Source: Tubulanus polymorphus
Lineage: Eukaryota > Animalia > Nemertea
Direction of reading: 5' to 3'
DNA: 64,000 nt
Assembly: GCF_964204645.1 (NCBI RefSeq)
Contig: NC_134026.1
Location: 24,524,150 to 24,588,149 of the forward strand
Notes under the pieces: model-generated
What the model saw: the letters and a program-made list of their open reading frames with translations, nothing else
The model's database searches: none
What the model was told of the DNA's origin: nothing
Shown: positions 14,055-26,546 of the stretch, one piece after another
How the letters are laid out: each line of letters opens with the position of its first letter
How positions within the stretch are numbered: the first letter of the stretch is position 1
Position numbers and translations under genes: made by a program

Positions 14055-14069
14055 GTTGCTATGGAAAAC
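14055..14069. promoter_or_regulatory. RFX X-box-like motif upstream of the uncharacterised gene
   Basis: GTTGCTATGGAAAAC about 107 bp upstream of ATG 13948, compared with the X-box consensus GTTGCCATGGCAAC. Confidence 0.55.
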
Positions 14070-14908
14070 GATGTTCACGTCCAGCAATGTTTGCTACAAC
14101 AAAATATCTTACAATTTTCTGTCAGTAGCACTAAAAACTGATCGTATAATTTTGAATGATGTTACTTATTTTCCAAATCTCAAACAAAAAAAGTCAAATA
14201 TTTTTACTGACGCGCATTTCAACTGCAATATAGCCCCAGTCCGCCGTTTTGTGGTTTTTCTATGTGGGAGGGAAAGTGTTATCAATAGTATTTCGGAAAC
14301 AAAATAAGTCACTGCTACAATTCTGCCTATGATAATTAAATATATGTGAACCTAGGTGCACACTGCGAACTCTGTGGTCAGATTCCGAGATATTGCATAT
14401 TTCAGTAATAGATTAAGGGCATTTTCTGGATTTACTCACGCATAATTACTGGATTATTTATGAGAGTATAATTAACGTATCGTTCGGCTTATTCTTAAAT
14501 TTTTTTCTCATAGCTGTACTTTCTATACATGAACATGTTAAACCGCGTCGGTCGGTGCAGGTTGCCGGAGATGTACTGCTACCCTGGGAAATTATTTAAA
14601 GGAATACTTCATTCATACTATCCATATCGAGTTCTCACGGCGTTGATATACCTTGCATTTTTTTATAGTAACAACTAGTCGGAAAGAAATATTTTCTTGT
14701 AAACGTCACAAAGAAGATTTTGTATGATTGTATCGGGAAATAGATACAATTTTATGAGCGCCGATAGGGCAGGTCATTGCGCACACTGGGTACGATGCTC
14801 TTGACTCCCGGATGCGGCAGAGAGCAAGAGGAAAAATCCCCGGCTACAGGTGAAAATCTCAAAGTATAATGAGAAAGGCGAATCTCTGGTCCGTATTACC
14901 AAATAACG

Positions 14909-17900
14909 ATGAAAGCACGGATTATTATTTGGGTTTTGTTTCTAGTTGCCGGGATCAATCTTACGAAAGGATCTTCAAAAGCAGGTAATTTCAAACCGAT
15001 CATGGTTAATCGATTAAGCTTAGTTTTCTATGATAATGAATAAGGTTTCAAATTATTTCTTGATCGTATTAATTTTGATTGAAATTATTTGGAATATTTT
15101 GACTTACACAAAATCAACATTCATTCCGACCATTGGCCTTAATTTGACCTGAATATATACTGAATATATTCAAATACATTCAAATTCAACTTGCCGTTTT
15201 GGAAGTGCATTCATAATAAATTGCTAATTGATAGAAATTGCGAAAATTTTTTATTATCTCAAAAGACCAAGGCCACACACAACGAATCGGAATTCAACTT
15301 AGAAAAACTAATTTTCTGCGTGGCTTATGCAAAATATTTTCAGTATTTTCGTAACTGATCATATCTCAGAAAATCTCTATAGAATACAAATTCCCTAGGA
15401 CACATCTGTAAATTACTTAGTCAATGTTTTCTTCAATCTTTCGAGGAATGGTACTCTTTAACCGATCAGTCAATCAATCAGCATAGGGATCGAATAGGCC
15501 TACATACATGTAACAGCTTGCGATTAATATAATTGATATACGTATATATAATCCTTCTTATTCTCCTACAAATCTATAATTAAATCTAGCTCATTAAGCA
15601 CATAATCTGTGGAATACTTGTATTAAGTAAATAGAATCTTCATCATTCCACTGCTCGATCTTGGTGCGGGGTTATTGCATTCCTCGTCGTTACCGTTTTC
15701 ATGTCCGATACAGAGGATTACTGTTGAGAATGAGAATAACGAAAAAAGAAGAAAAAATTCTAAAAAGTTTTCTAAAAATTCCCTGCCGTGTAACAACATA
15801 AGTCGAAATAAAATACCACTAAACTTGTTGTATGTTTTTTTTTCGCACGCATTTGTTTTACAAAATATCAGGGAGGGTTTCCACGTGTAGCGTGGCGAAA
15901 AAATTCACCCTCCGGCGAGTAACATTCAGAGTGGAGAAACCGCGAATCATTCAACCGATATGTAGTAAGAGATCTATCGAAATTCGACTGCTTAGTACCG
16001 AGATAACCGAAACTATAAATTAAAACTTCCACGCTCTGGTAACATATTCGTATAGTTAATATGTCTGCGAGAAATGTGTTTTAATTTCCGTCCTGCGTGG
16101 CATATAAACGCAACTCTCGTCTGTACTAATTACTTAACCCAATTTTAATCACCGATTCAGGAATTTTCTAAACACTGGCGCTGATTTATTCGATTCGCTT
16201 ATAAAAATGATGAAAAATAGAAGGAATTTTATAACAAGACGCTTTCAATATACACTATTAACACTATAATATATTATCTTCCTTTAATCATGTTCTATAA
16301 ACTGACTCAAAAACCAAGTAAATCAAATTCTATTTCAGATGGTTCAAGTGAAGAAGTGGTCGTTACTGTAGAAGATCAACCACTTAAGAGATATATGAAA
16401 AATGCGAGTCAATTACAGAGTACGAAAACCCTGAAATTCTTCGCCTTCGGAAGACAGTTTTCACTGCAGTTGAAACCTATCTCTTATGGCTCTCGCAAAT
16501 ATCTCCTCGAGCACTGGTCACCGAACGAAACCAGGATAGAAAGCCATTACATCGAGCGATCGTGTGACTTCTCCGGACGTGATTCAGAGCTGACCAGCCG
16601 CACTGTTGTAACGAGTTGCGACGGAATTTTGTGGGTAAAGTGTAGCTCTTTGCTTGATGTTTCATTTGCCTAGTTAAATATTTCGTTTATAAACTTATCC
16701 TATCTACATATTTCGGTTAACGCGATGGTATACGTGCGTTCTGTCGCCTTTCTCAATATCGAATCGAAGCAATTGGTGAATAAAAGCCGCATTTACGTTG
16801 TTCGCGCATTCATCTATCATCTCCCCCACGCCAGTTTTCTGGCAGTAACGTATGTAGTAGGTTGTAAACTATTAGAACATCACATCGCTGAATTTTTATA
16901 ACGAACCCAGTGTACCCTAAACCCGGTGTATTCTCAACGAGCTATCTAATCAGCTATTGGGATCAAGAGCCTTGTTATTCGGGTGATTTATATAAATTGT
17001 TACTTATTTTTTGTGCCTTTTGAACAGTGTTAAGCTGAATATAAGTTGCTAAAAAAACCGATGGTAGATTATTCCAGAACAATTCCTGGAATATGTTAGA
17101 GATATCCGCAATCAGTACAATCAGTGCATAGCCATCATTATCAAATCTATACTATCAAAGACAGGCCAGCTGGACAAAAAGTTGTTTTTTTTTAACATTA
17201 TTCCCTCGACAAGAATCTGTATACTTCTTTATAGTAACGGTCTCGGGTTTCTTGTGGATCTCCATCGAATTTCATTCCCACGAAAGGGGATCAGTGAAAC
17301 AGTGGGCCCAATTCATTTTGTAGAATGGTGTTTTATCGACGAATTATACAGTATTCACGATTGAACCAGTCACCAAAACTTACTCTAATCAGCAATTGCA
17401 CAGAGTTACCGAATACATCAATCATGCGGAACAAACAGGTATTTGATCAAACGTATCGTAAGGGGTTCAGGGGCGGATTTGAGCAGATGGGGGTCAAGCG
17501 CTTTTCTCAGATATAGGGTTTTTTATATTTCAATGAAAAATGCATTCATTTTGTGTGCATTACCTACAGTAATTTCCGAAACAGCAATCCATAACGATTT
17601 GAATTGCGGTTAGTTTCATCAATAATATGATCACTATCACAAAATCTATGAACATGGAGAAGGGGTTCAAGACCCGTGTTCCCTATAGCCAAATCATGCA
17701 TGTATATTCGTACATTTTAGTCGTAAAGGGTCCAATATTCTTGACTGATGAGAAAATCAAATCTCGTCGACGCCGATCAGCCAGCACCGATCGCTATGTG
17801 GAAACTTTAGTCGTAGCTGATAAGTATATGGTACAATTCTACGGCAAAGATGTAGAAAAATACATCCTTACTCTAATGAAGATTGTAAGTAAGACTATGA

Positions 17901-20900
17901 TGAAAATACACGCTGTGGTGTGCCAGGGTTTTGTCGAACTCCGATCCTTGTGATGATTTATCACTATATTTCAGGTAGCTAGTATATTCAAAGATCCATC
18001 TATAGGTAATTCTATCAACATAGTAGTGAATCGGATAATCATACTCAATTATGATGAGGTAAATATGTTTTGATTTTAAGATCCGATGATCCTCAAATCC
18101 AATTCAGGATTATCATGGGCCTCAGCTTTAAGCATAAATTTCGACTGCAACTATGGAATTAGTCGTTGAATTGCAACTGAGGTAAAAAAAAACAAATATT
18201 TACAGCCCAAGCTGCACCTAGGTCATCATGCGGATAAAGTTTTGGGTAAATTTTGTAAGTGGCAGAAGTTGATTAATTTACCAGAGAATGAGGTGACTAA
18301 TTTACAGCATCACGACCATGCTATTTTCATAACTCGGTGAGTAATCCACGAAGAATGTGTATTTTCATATTAACGGTGATTAAAATGAGCTCTAGTTTGA
18401 AATGTTCATCAATCATCAATTTTCAGATATGACATCTGTTCAAAAAAAGATAAACCATGTGGTACCGTCGGTATGTATACACACCTTAGCAAAACGGCTG
18501 AGAAGATTATAAATTCAAATACAGGTATTTTCATGCATATGATTCTAGGTTTGGCTCCAGTTGGAGGGATGTGCAACCCGACTAGAAGTTGTAGCGTCAT
18601 TGAAGATCGCGGTTTGGCAACCGCATTCACCGTAGCGCATGAATTGGGCCACAAGTATGTCAAACTAGGATTACTGTATAGCTATATTTTCTGATATTTT
18701 CCATTACTGATCTTTTCCATTACATGTAATGTTACATTTGATACTTTCAGTTTTGGAATGCACCATGATGGTTTGGGTAATCCATGTGGAGATATTGGTC
18801 ACGAGAGTGCTCGTCTGATGGCCGCTCAAATCAACAAACACATTGATCTATTCAGTTGGTCGAGCTGTAGCAGAGATTATATCACTCATTATTTAGAGTA
18901 AGTCTTTAAAATGCACAAATGAAAGGCAAGAGGGTCTTTCTCATTGATTGATGTGCTATTGTCATCTTTTTACCAATGATGGAGGGGGTATCTTTGGCGA
19001 AAGTACCTAAATGATGTAGGTTTCTCATTGATTCAAACGTGTCTTAATTTTCATATTCTTTTTAACATTCTTTCAAGAATTTTAAAGTCTTTTTCCATAC
19101 GAGTGTTGTTATTTTTGACTACCGAACCGTGGAAGAGGTTATGTCTGATATGCTTAAAGACAGAAAATCTTTCAATCACTGTTTTACTTTTTAAGCTCAG
19201 GGAAGGCTGATTGCCTGTTAAACGTTCCAGTAACGAATAACTATGAATACGCAGACACCCTGCCTGGTTTGCGATATGATGCAGACAAACAGTGCCAATT
19301 TGCAGTCGGCAAAAAATCTCGTATTTGCGGAAACGTAAGCTATTTCGTAAAATCAGCACGATTATGGAATTAATGCTCTCTTTCTTTTAATCACTATTTG
19401 AAGCTTGATTGTTTTGTTAAGTGTTCCTTATTGGTGTTTTTCATTGTAGCTGTCCTGTAAAGAACTACGGTGTCTCGGACCGTATGGGAGTTGTCTCACC
19501 ACGAATCTGCCTGCAGCAGATGGAACGAACTGCTCGTCAAATGAAATCGAAAACGGGGTAGAGCAAACATTTTCATTTTGTGTGCAGTCATGATTTACCG
19601 CAGCCATCTCTCTAATCAATTTTGAATGTTCTATATATATTAGTGGTGCTACCAATCGAAATGTGTGATATACGGCGAATTTCCCGAAGAAATTAACGGC
19701 AATTGGAGTGAATGGTCAGACTGGAGTCAGTGTTCAAGAACTTGTGGTGGTGGAGTCATGAAAAGTTACAGAAATTGCGACAACCCAAGGTAATTGTATA
19801 TATTCTTATCCTGGTTGTGAAATGGTTGCATCGAACAAGATGCTAATCTAAAATGTACTTCATGGACTTTTGTAGTCCGACTCATGGAGGAAGGTACTGT
19901 CTTGGAGACCGTAAAAGGTTCAGATCATGCAACGCAGAGGTATTTTTCTATCATCATTAAGTCTTACAAAATCTATATACTATACTGTTGATATATGATG
20001 AATATGATTTCTTAATCTTTTACTTCATATACGTTAAGCCGTGTCCAGAAGGTGCACCATCGTTCCGTGAGGTGCAATGTGCCAGTTATAATAACATTCC
20101 TTTCCGCGGAAAGAGATACACATGGAGGCCTTACGCCGCAGGTTAGAACAAATTCAATGATCCTTGATAACAGATCATCCTGCTAAAAAATACCAGTTCT
20201 CTCAAGACATAAAGCTTGCGATTTTATTTTTGCAGCTCGTATCGACCACTGTGCGCTGTATTGTATGGCGGAAAAGTTTCATTTCTACGTAGAGAAATCG
20301 CCCAAAGTAATTGATGGAACTCTGTGCTACCAGGGCAGTACTGATATATGCATTGATGGCCAGTGCAAGGTAGACGATCTATAGATTTTTTGGATGAAAT
20401 GTACTTCGATTTTAAATGAAAGTTTGTTTGAATACGTAGTTATCAAAAATCCTTTTAAAGGCAGTTGGTTGTGACAAAAAGTTGGGGTCATCGGCCAAGA
20501 ACGATAAATGCGGAGTTTGCAACGGAGACGGTAATAGTTGTAGAGCAATAACTGCAACTGTAAAAAAGGAAGTCAAATATGGAAGTGAGCAAAAGAGAAC
20601 AACATGAGACATTTTGATACATAACCCTGATGAGGTCGTAAAAATGTTCTTTTTTCTTGTTTTTTTTCTATGAAGAGTATGAAGAGATATTAAGAATTCC
20701 GCGCGGAGCAACGTCTATAAAGGTAGAAGAACTAAATATATCTAGAAATTACCTAGGTAATTATGACAAATACAACAATGAACTCATAGCTCCGATCTCT
20801 CAAGACAACACCTCAACTTACAGCAGAGTCCTTCTAAAGCAAACGTTTAATTTCAGCTTTAAAATCCGAAAGTGGTAATTTCTATATAAATGGTGATTGG

Positions 20901-22740
20901 ATTATAGATTGGCCACAGACGTATTACGTGGCTGGAACTTTGTTTCACTACCACCGAGACGAAGGTAAACTGGAATACCTTGAAGCGCCAGGGCCAACTA
21001 CTGAAAACCTCATCATTATGGTACGAATGCAGGGGGAGGCGAAAGCTCTATTGTATACGATGGATGAAGCAACGTTGCCGTTTCAGTTTTGATATTTAGT
21101 TTCATTCTATTGACAATTTGTCTGCTTCCATGCTTAGTTTGGTACGAACGAATCGTCTAATTACAGGTACTACCACAGGAGTATGCCAGCAGCGGTATCA
21201 AATATACACTGTCTGTACCCTTAGTTGAAGGTCCATTGAACAATAGCATATCAGACCGTACTCAAGTGCAGTCCATTTGGATAACAACACGGTGGTCGAA
21301 ATGTTCCCAAGATTGCGGGGGAGGTAAACCATAATTTGACATTACAGCAAATGTTCATTTATGGATTGTCTTGATCGTTTATTCTATTTTCACACAAGGA
21401 ATAAAGTATCGTCATTACGCATGTGTACGAGAAGATGATAAAACTCTATCCGACGAAAGTTTATGTAAATCACCGAAACCAACGGCTAAAGAGAGACGTT
21501 GCAACGTAAAGCCATGTAGACCCCAGTGAGTAAGCAACCCTCAACCCGCTTAGCGCCACTCAGTGCTGGACTATCTTTCTCCAAACGCAGAGTAGGGGCA
21601 TGGAAAAGTTAGAAAATCCAAGATTGCTTCAGTATTTTGAGTTAAGTACTTGTAAAAGTGATGAGTTTCTATTGATACACAATCCTTTACAGATGGGCAT
21701 TAGGTGAATGGTCAACTTGTTCAAAATCGTGTGGGGGTGGAATCACGACAAGACGTGTACTCTGCATTAAAGATATCGAGAACCGTAAACACGAAGTTGT
21801 CGAGAACAGCACCTGTTCCGAAAAAGCACCATTAATGGTATCGGTTTGTAACAAAAAACGATGCCCACCTCAGTGGATTACTGGTCACTGGAGTAAGGTA
21901 ATCTTAAATCTCACTATAGCTAATGAGACATCCGCCATTCTAATATTTAGTTCTAGAGCGCACAGTTCTGCTATGCTGTCACGCACGCATAATTAATGAA
22001 ATTTGAAAAATTACAGTGTTCCAAACAATGTGGCCAGGGCACAAAGACAAGGTTCGTTTTGTGTTTATCGAAGGATGGCAAAACGTTCATGCCGCATTCA
22101 ACATGCGATCCTAAACTAAAACCGACCAAGGCAACCAGTTGCTTCACAACTAAATGTATTCGACCTAGGTGGGTCATGGGGAAATGGAGTCAAGTAAGTG
22201 AATTCGATGAAATGTCCTGACAAAAATATAACAAAATCTAATGCGCTTCACCGAGTCCTTGTTGGAACTGGCCCGTACTCTCCGCAATCGCTCGCCTGTA
22301 GTGTTAGAATCATTAAGCACGTTTACGCGATGAAACCCCACGCACATGAATATATTGTAAATCATTTTTCTTAATGTTTTAAAGTGTTCGGTATCATGCG
22401 GAAAAGGCACAAAAATAAGGACAGTTGAATGCCGAGATTACAAGAATCGAATCACTGATAGCTGTAAACTTAATAAAAAGCCTCCAAAATACGTAGAATG
22501 CGGCAATTCATGTAAAACCTCAGATCATGCCGAAGGTAAGATGAATTATTCCAATCGTTCAGACACATTCTAATCAGGATATGATTTTCATTAGACCCGG
22601 TGTGTGCCATGATTTCTTCTTTTGTAGTATGTGAAGATTATCCACAGGTGAAATATTGCCCACTAGTCAAACTTTACAATTTTTGTTCAAGGCAATACTT
22701 CAGAAAAACCTGCTGCAAATCATGCGAAGGCATTGCCTAG
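14909..22740 (+). CDS. ADAMTS6: ADAMTS metalloprotease, ADAMTS6/10 clade, more than 20 exons
   Basis: Signal peptide [15 protein letters not shown], pro-domain ([27 protein letters not shown]), furin site RRRR|[33 protein letters not shown], zinc motif HELGHNFGMHHD, and [10 protein letters not shown]. These are followed by TSP1 ([17 protein letters not shown]), Cys-rich and spacer regions, four more TSP1 repeats and a PLAC domain ([24 protein letters not shown]). Stop TAG at 22738-22740. It is probably co-orthologous to ADAMTS6 and ADAMTS10. Confidence 0.93.
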
Positions 22741-23278
22741 TCGACCTACCTAAGTCAAAACTAAACTCTTACAGTGTGTTTTTACAAAAAGAGTTTTATT
22801 CAAATTTATATACCGTACTGAGTATAATGTCGTTTTTAACCAACCTATAAACCTGCTTTGACAGAACGAATCATACATTGTTTATGTCCATATTAAAAGT
22901 AAATAAACGAATTTTTTCTTATATATATGGTTTTATTCCTTTTTAATGATCTGGACGCAGAAAGTTTGGAGAGAGTAGAATTAGCAATTAAGTGATTTTC
23001 TACGACAATATCTAGGTAACAACACACATTTTACCAGTGAAAAAGCTAAAAGCAAAAGAGATTACGGACAACTACTTGGCATAAATAATTTAGTAGGGGC
23101 TTAATTCTGGTAATTCTGGTGATTGTTAACAGGAGAAATAATTTATTTCAAACTGCGCGGGCTTCAAATATCGTCAAACTTTCTAAACCAATCGGTGCAA
23201 ATGTTTCTCGTTGAGATTAGGTTCGAACCATGATTATTGTATGCTGTAAAGGATGTCCGGTTCGTGGTCCGTACAAAG

Positions 23279-25832
23279 ATGGCTGCGCCCGTGTTAACAT
23301 ATGAAGGATGCAATTTTCTTCGACAAAGATTGATTTTATCGACGCTCTCCGGGAAACCGGTAAAAATTAGAAAGATCAGACATAAAGACGATAGTCCTGG
23401 ACTGCAAGGTATCAAAAATGTATCTGATAACTGTGTCTCTAATGCGTGACAGTCGAATTAAATCCGACATGCTTGAGCGTGATGATAGTCTGTTTATTTT
23501 CTGCTTAAAACTTAGGTTTATGTCAAAACAATTATTTTGTAGAATTTGAAGCCAGCCTTCTACGATTATTGGACAAAGTAACGAACGGAACAGTAATAGA
23601 AATAAATGAAACAGGTATGGGCTCGTTTATAAGATTCTTCATGTGAGATAGACAAAAAAGCAAGGTTTTAAGAAATTATTTTATCATTTAGGTACCACAT
23701 TATATTTTCAACCGGGTTTATTAGTCGGTGATAGTATTGAACATGACTGTTGTACCCAGCGAGCTATCGGATATTACCTTGAATTACTGATTTGTCTGGC
23801 GCCATTCACAAAAAAGCCTTTAAAAGCTGTATTGAGGGGCGTAACCAATGATAAATTAGATCCCTCGGTAAGCTGTTAATATAATGGAAATAGATTATGC
23901 GGTGAAATTACAATTACATAGGTTGAATATCTGATTGTTTATTTTCAGGTGGATGTTATTAAATTATCAATATTTCCGGTGCTTAAAAGATTTCTAGGAA
24001 CAGATGAAGGATTTGAACTGAAGGTAGGATCGATTATTTCCTCAGAATTCAATCTGAACGTTAGATAGGTGCGGTGTACTGAATATAGATGAATCATTTA
24101 TACTGATTACAGATAAACAGGAGAGGAGCTGCTCCGGATGGAGGTGGTGAAATTCTCTTCAAATGTCCTTGTCGACAAAAATTACGTCCCGTTCAGTTTA
24201 CGGATCCAGGAAAAATAAAAAGAATTAGAGGAGTGGCGTATCCTTTATCTATTGGACTTTCATTTCGGAATGGCCTTCAATTTCTTCTACATTTCAAGTC
24301 AACTTTTCTCATTAGAAAATCAATTTCTAATAAAACTGTACCATACACTTGTTGGGAACGTCAATCTTATATCTATTTGATGACTTATTTGACAACATTT
24401 CCATTTGGGAGCCTAAAAATCCAGTTCAAGGTTCATTAATTAACCAATTTTCACTACGTTTAACCTTGGAGTAATCAGACTGATTACTCCAAGGTATAAC
24501 TGAGTGCATTGTAGCGCCATCTGGTTTGTGCTGATGCCCCATTATAGCCCAGGCTGTAAGTCTCCAAAATTGAAATGCATGTATTTTATCAGCACGTTAC
24601 CTTAGCAACGCAATATTTTGGCCTGGCTCATGTAACCAGGGTTAAAAATCTACCAAAATAAACTTCAGAATCTTATCTTTCTTCATTGAAAATTTGGGCT
24701 TTGATGTTTTCCAGGGAACCGAAATCATATTTCTAGAGTGTTTTTGAGACTTAGAGCCTGTCCTATTAATGATATATAAATAGGGGAGCATTCATTTATT
24801 ACATACGCATAAGATTTGAATTTTTCAACCCCCCTCCCCCTCTGTACACAAAATCGGCCACTTTTTCATATACATTAAGCATCACAGTACGCAATTGCAC
24901 TGTACCCTCCCTTAATGCGTACGTAATAAATGAATGACCCCATGTAGTGTCTACAAACACTATGTACAGCTGTTTTTTTCGTTTTCAAAATCAATTCGCA
25001 TTTGTTCAATGTTTTGTACTTAGACTTTAACTTCTCATAGCTGGGCCGCTAGAGTTTCTCCAGCCGTGGCTAATAGAATTGTGGATTCAACCAGAAGCAT
25101 TCTCAACAAATGTCTCCCAGATATATACATTTATACAGATCACAATAAAGGCAGCCAGTCTGGCAAGTAAGTACTAAATAGACCTTTCCGGATGTAGCAG
25201 TAGATGTTACGTTTGATTAAAGATTATACATACATGCGTTCTTTTTCCAGGTCTCCTGGTTTCGGTTTAACGTTAGTAGCTGAAACAACAAATGGTGCTT
25301 TCTTATCGGCTGAATCGATATCTAATGCAAAAGGTAGTGAAGACGGCCCAACGATTCCAGAAGAGCTGGGGAAGAATACAGCTGTATCATTACTAGGAGA
25401 GATTTATAGGGTAAAGATTTAGTTAGCCCAACAGCAAAAAACGTCTTAAGATACAATCGATAAAGACTTTTCATCTTTTGTAGGGTGGATGTGTAGATTC
25501 TTTTAGTCAGAGTTTATCTTGTTTGCTAATGACGCTTGGGCAGAAAGATGTATCTAAAATCCTGACAGGTCCGCTATCACCGTACACGTAAGTATTACTC
25601 CATCGATGTTGAATTCATTTTATAATTAATTATGTTCATGTGATTTTGAAATTTTCTTAATTTTTTTCACAGAGTACAATTTTTACGGCATATGAAAGAC
25701 TTTTTCGAGGTCATGTTCAAAATAGAGCCAAAACAATCTGCTGAGGAAGAAGATTTGAATTTAGGAGGTGAAAAACTGCTTTTAACTTGCGTTGGAATCG
25801 GTTATCAAAATCTCAGTAAAGCTATAATGTAA
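23279..25832 (+). CDS. RCL1: RNA 3'-terminal phosphate cyclase-like protein (ribosome biogenesis)
   Basis: MAAPVLTYEGCNFLRQRLILSTLSGKPVKIRKIR, FEASLLRLLDKVTNGT, RAIGYYLE, RRGAAPDGGGE, GKIKRIRGVA|WAARVSP, SPGFGLTLVAETTNG, LTCVGIGYQNLSKAIM. Stop TAA at 25830-25832. Confidence 0.97.
24463..24495. repeat. Perfect 16-bp inverted repeat with 1-nt spacer
   Basis: ACCTTGGAGTAATCAG-A-CTGATTACTCCAAGGT. A related copy lies at 48825-48850. Confidence 0.9.
24783..24941. mobile_element. MITE with ~27-bp terminal inverted repeats (PIF/Harbinger-like, GGGG...CCCC ends)
   Basis: Left GGGGAGCATTCATTTATTACATACGCAT and right ATGCGTACGTAATAAATGAATGACCCC are near-perfect reverse complements. The superfamily is inferred. 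Confidence 0.8.
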
Positions 25833-26546
25833 ATTAGAATAAATTCGAAACATCTATATGTATACAATGAATTGACTTGTTCTCTGTTTTCTGGATGGAT
25901 TGATTGATTAAGGTTAAATTTCTCCTATGGAAAATGAATATGCCGTGCCAAAAATCATTAACGATCGTTGCCAGCTGAGCTGGGTTGGACTAAACAGTTT
26001 TTTCGAGAATGCGTAGCCCAGTAAATACATATTACAGTCAACTCCCGATGACCACATTTTTATTCTTTCCAAAAATTTACTTTTCAGAAATCTTCACATT
26101 ATTTCACATGCATCTCATCCCTGCCGTATATTGGGGTTAATTTTGAATCGAACAAAGATGAAATCCAGATGTTCCGTTTTCTGAAAAAATCTTGGTATAT
26201 TGCGATATATCATCGGGGGATTGACTGAATATTGGCTGCCATGTCTTGAAATCCTCCGCAGACTCATTTTATGTCCAGACTATCCGAAAAAAAGCGGATA
26301 TATAAATTTGAATTCAGATTCATTTATTTGCAGAGGTTAATTAGCCACATTTTCGAGTAGACTTATGTACAAATATATCTAGATATTCTACAGAACACCA
26401 ATTGGCTGATATTGGGTTCAAGAAATTCATCTCTCAAATCATACATCGTATCAACGAATTATATGCATTTTAGAAGTGCATTGGCTGAATAAGACGAGGA
26501 TAAAACGCATTTTTCTAGAGTGAATTCGTCATTTAGTTGTTTTCGT

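Larger units (their letters stand above)
24238..25040 (+). other. U12-type (minor spliceosome) GT-AG intron in RCL1
   Basis: 5' splice site GC|GTATCCTTT is an exact U12 consensus. Branch-site-like ACTTTAAC lies ~10 nt before the AG at 25039-25040. Splicing restores the frame (GVA|WAARVSP). Confidence 0.9.

Noticed and set aside
23409-23542. Intronic C/D snoRNA in RCL1 intron 1 (GTGATGA)
   Set aside because: There is no downstream CTGA D box or terminal stem within the intron.
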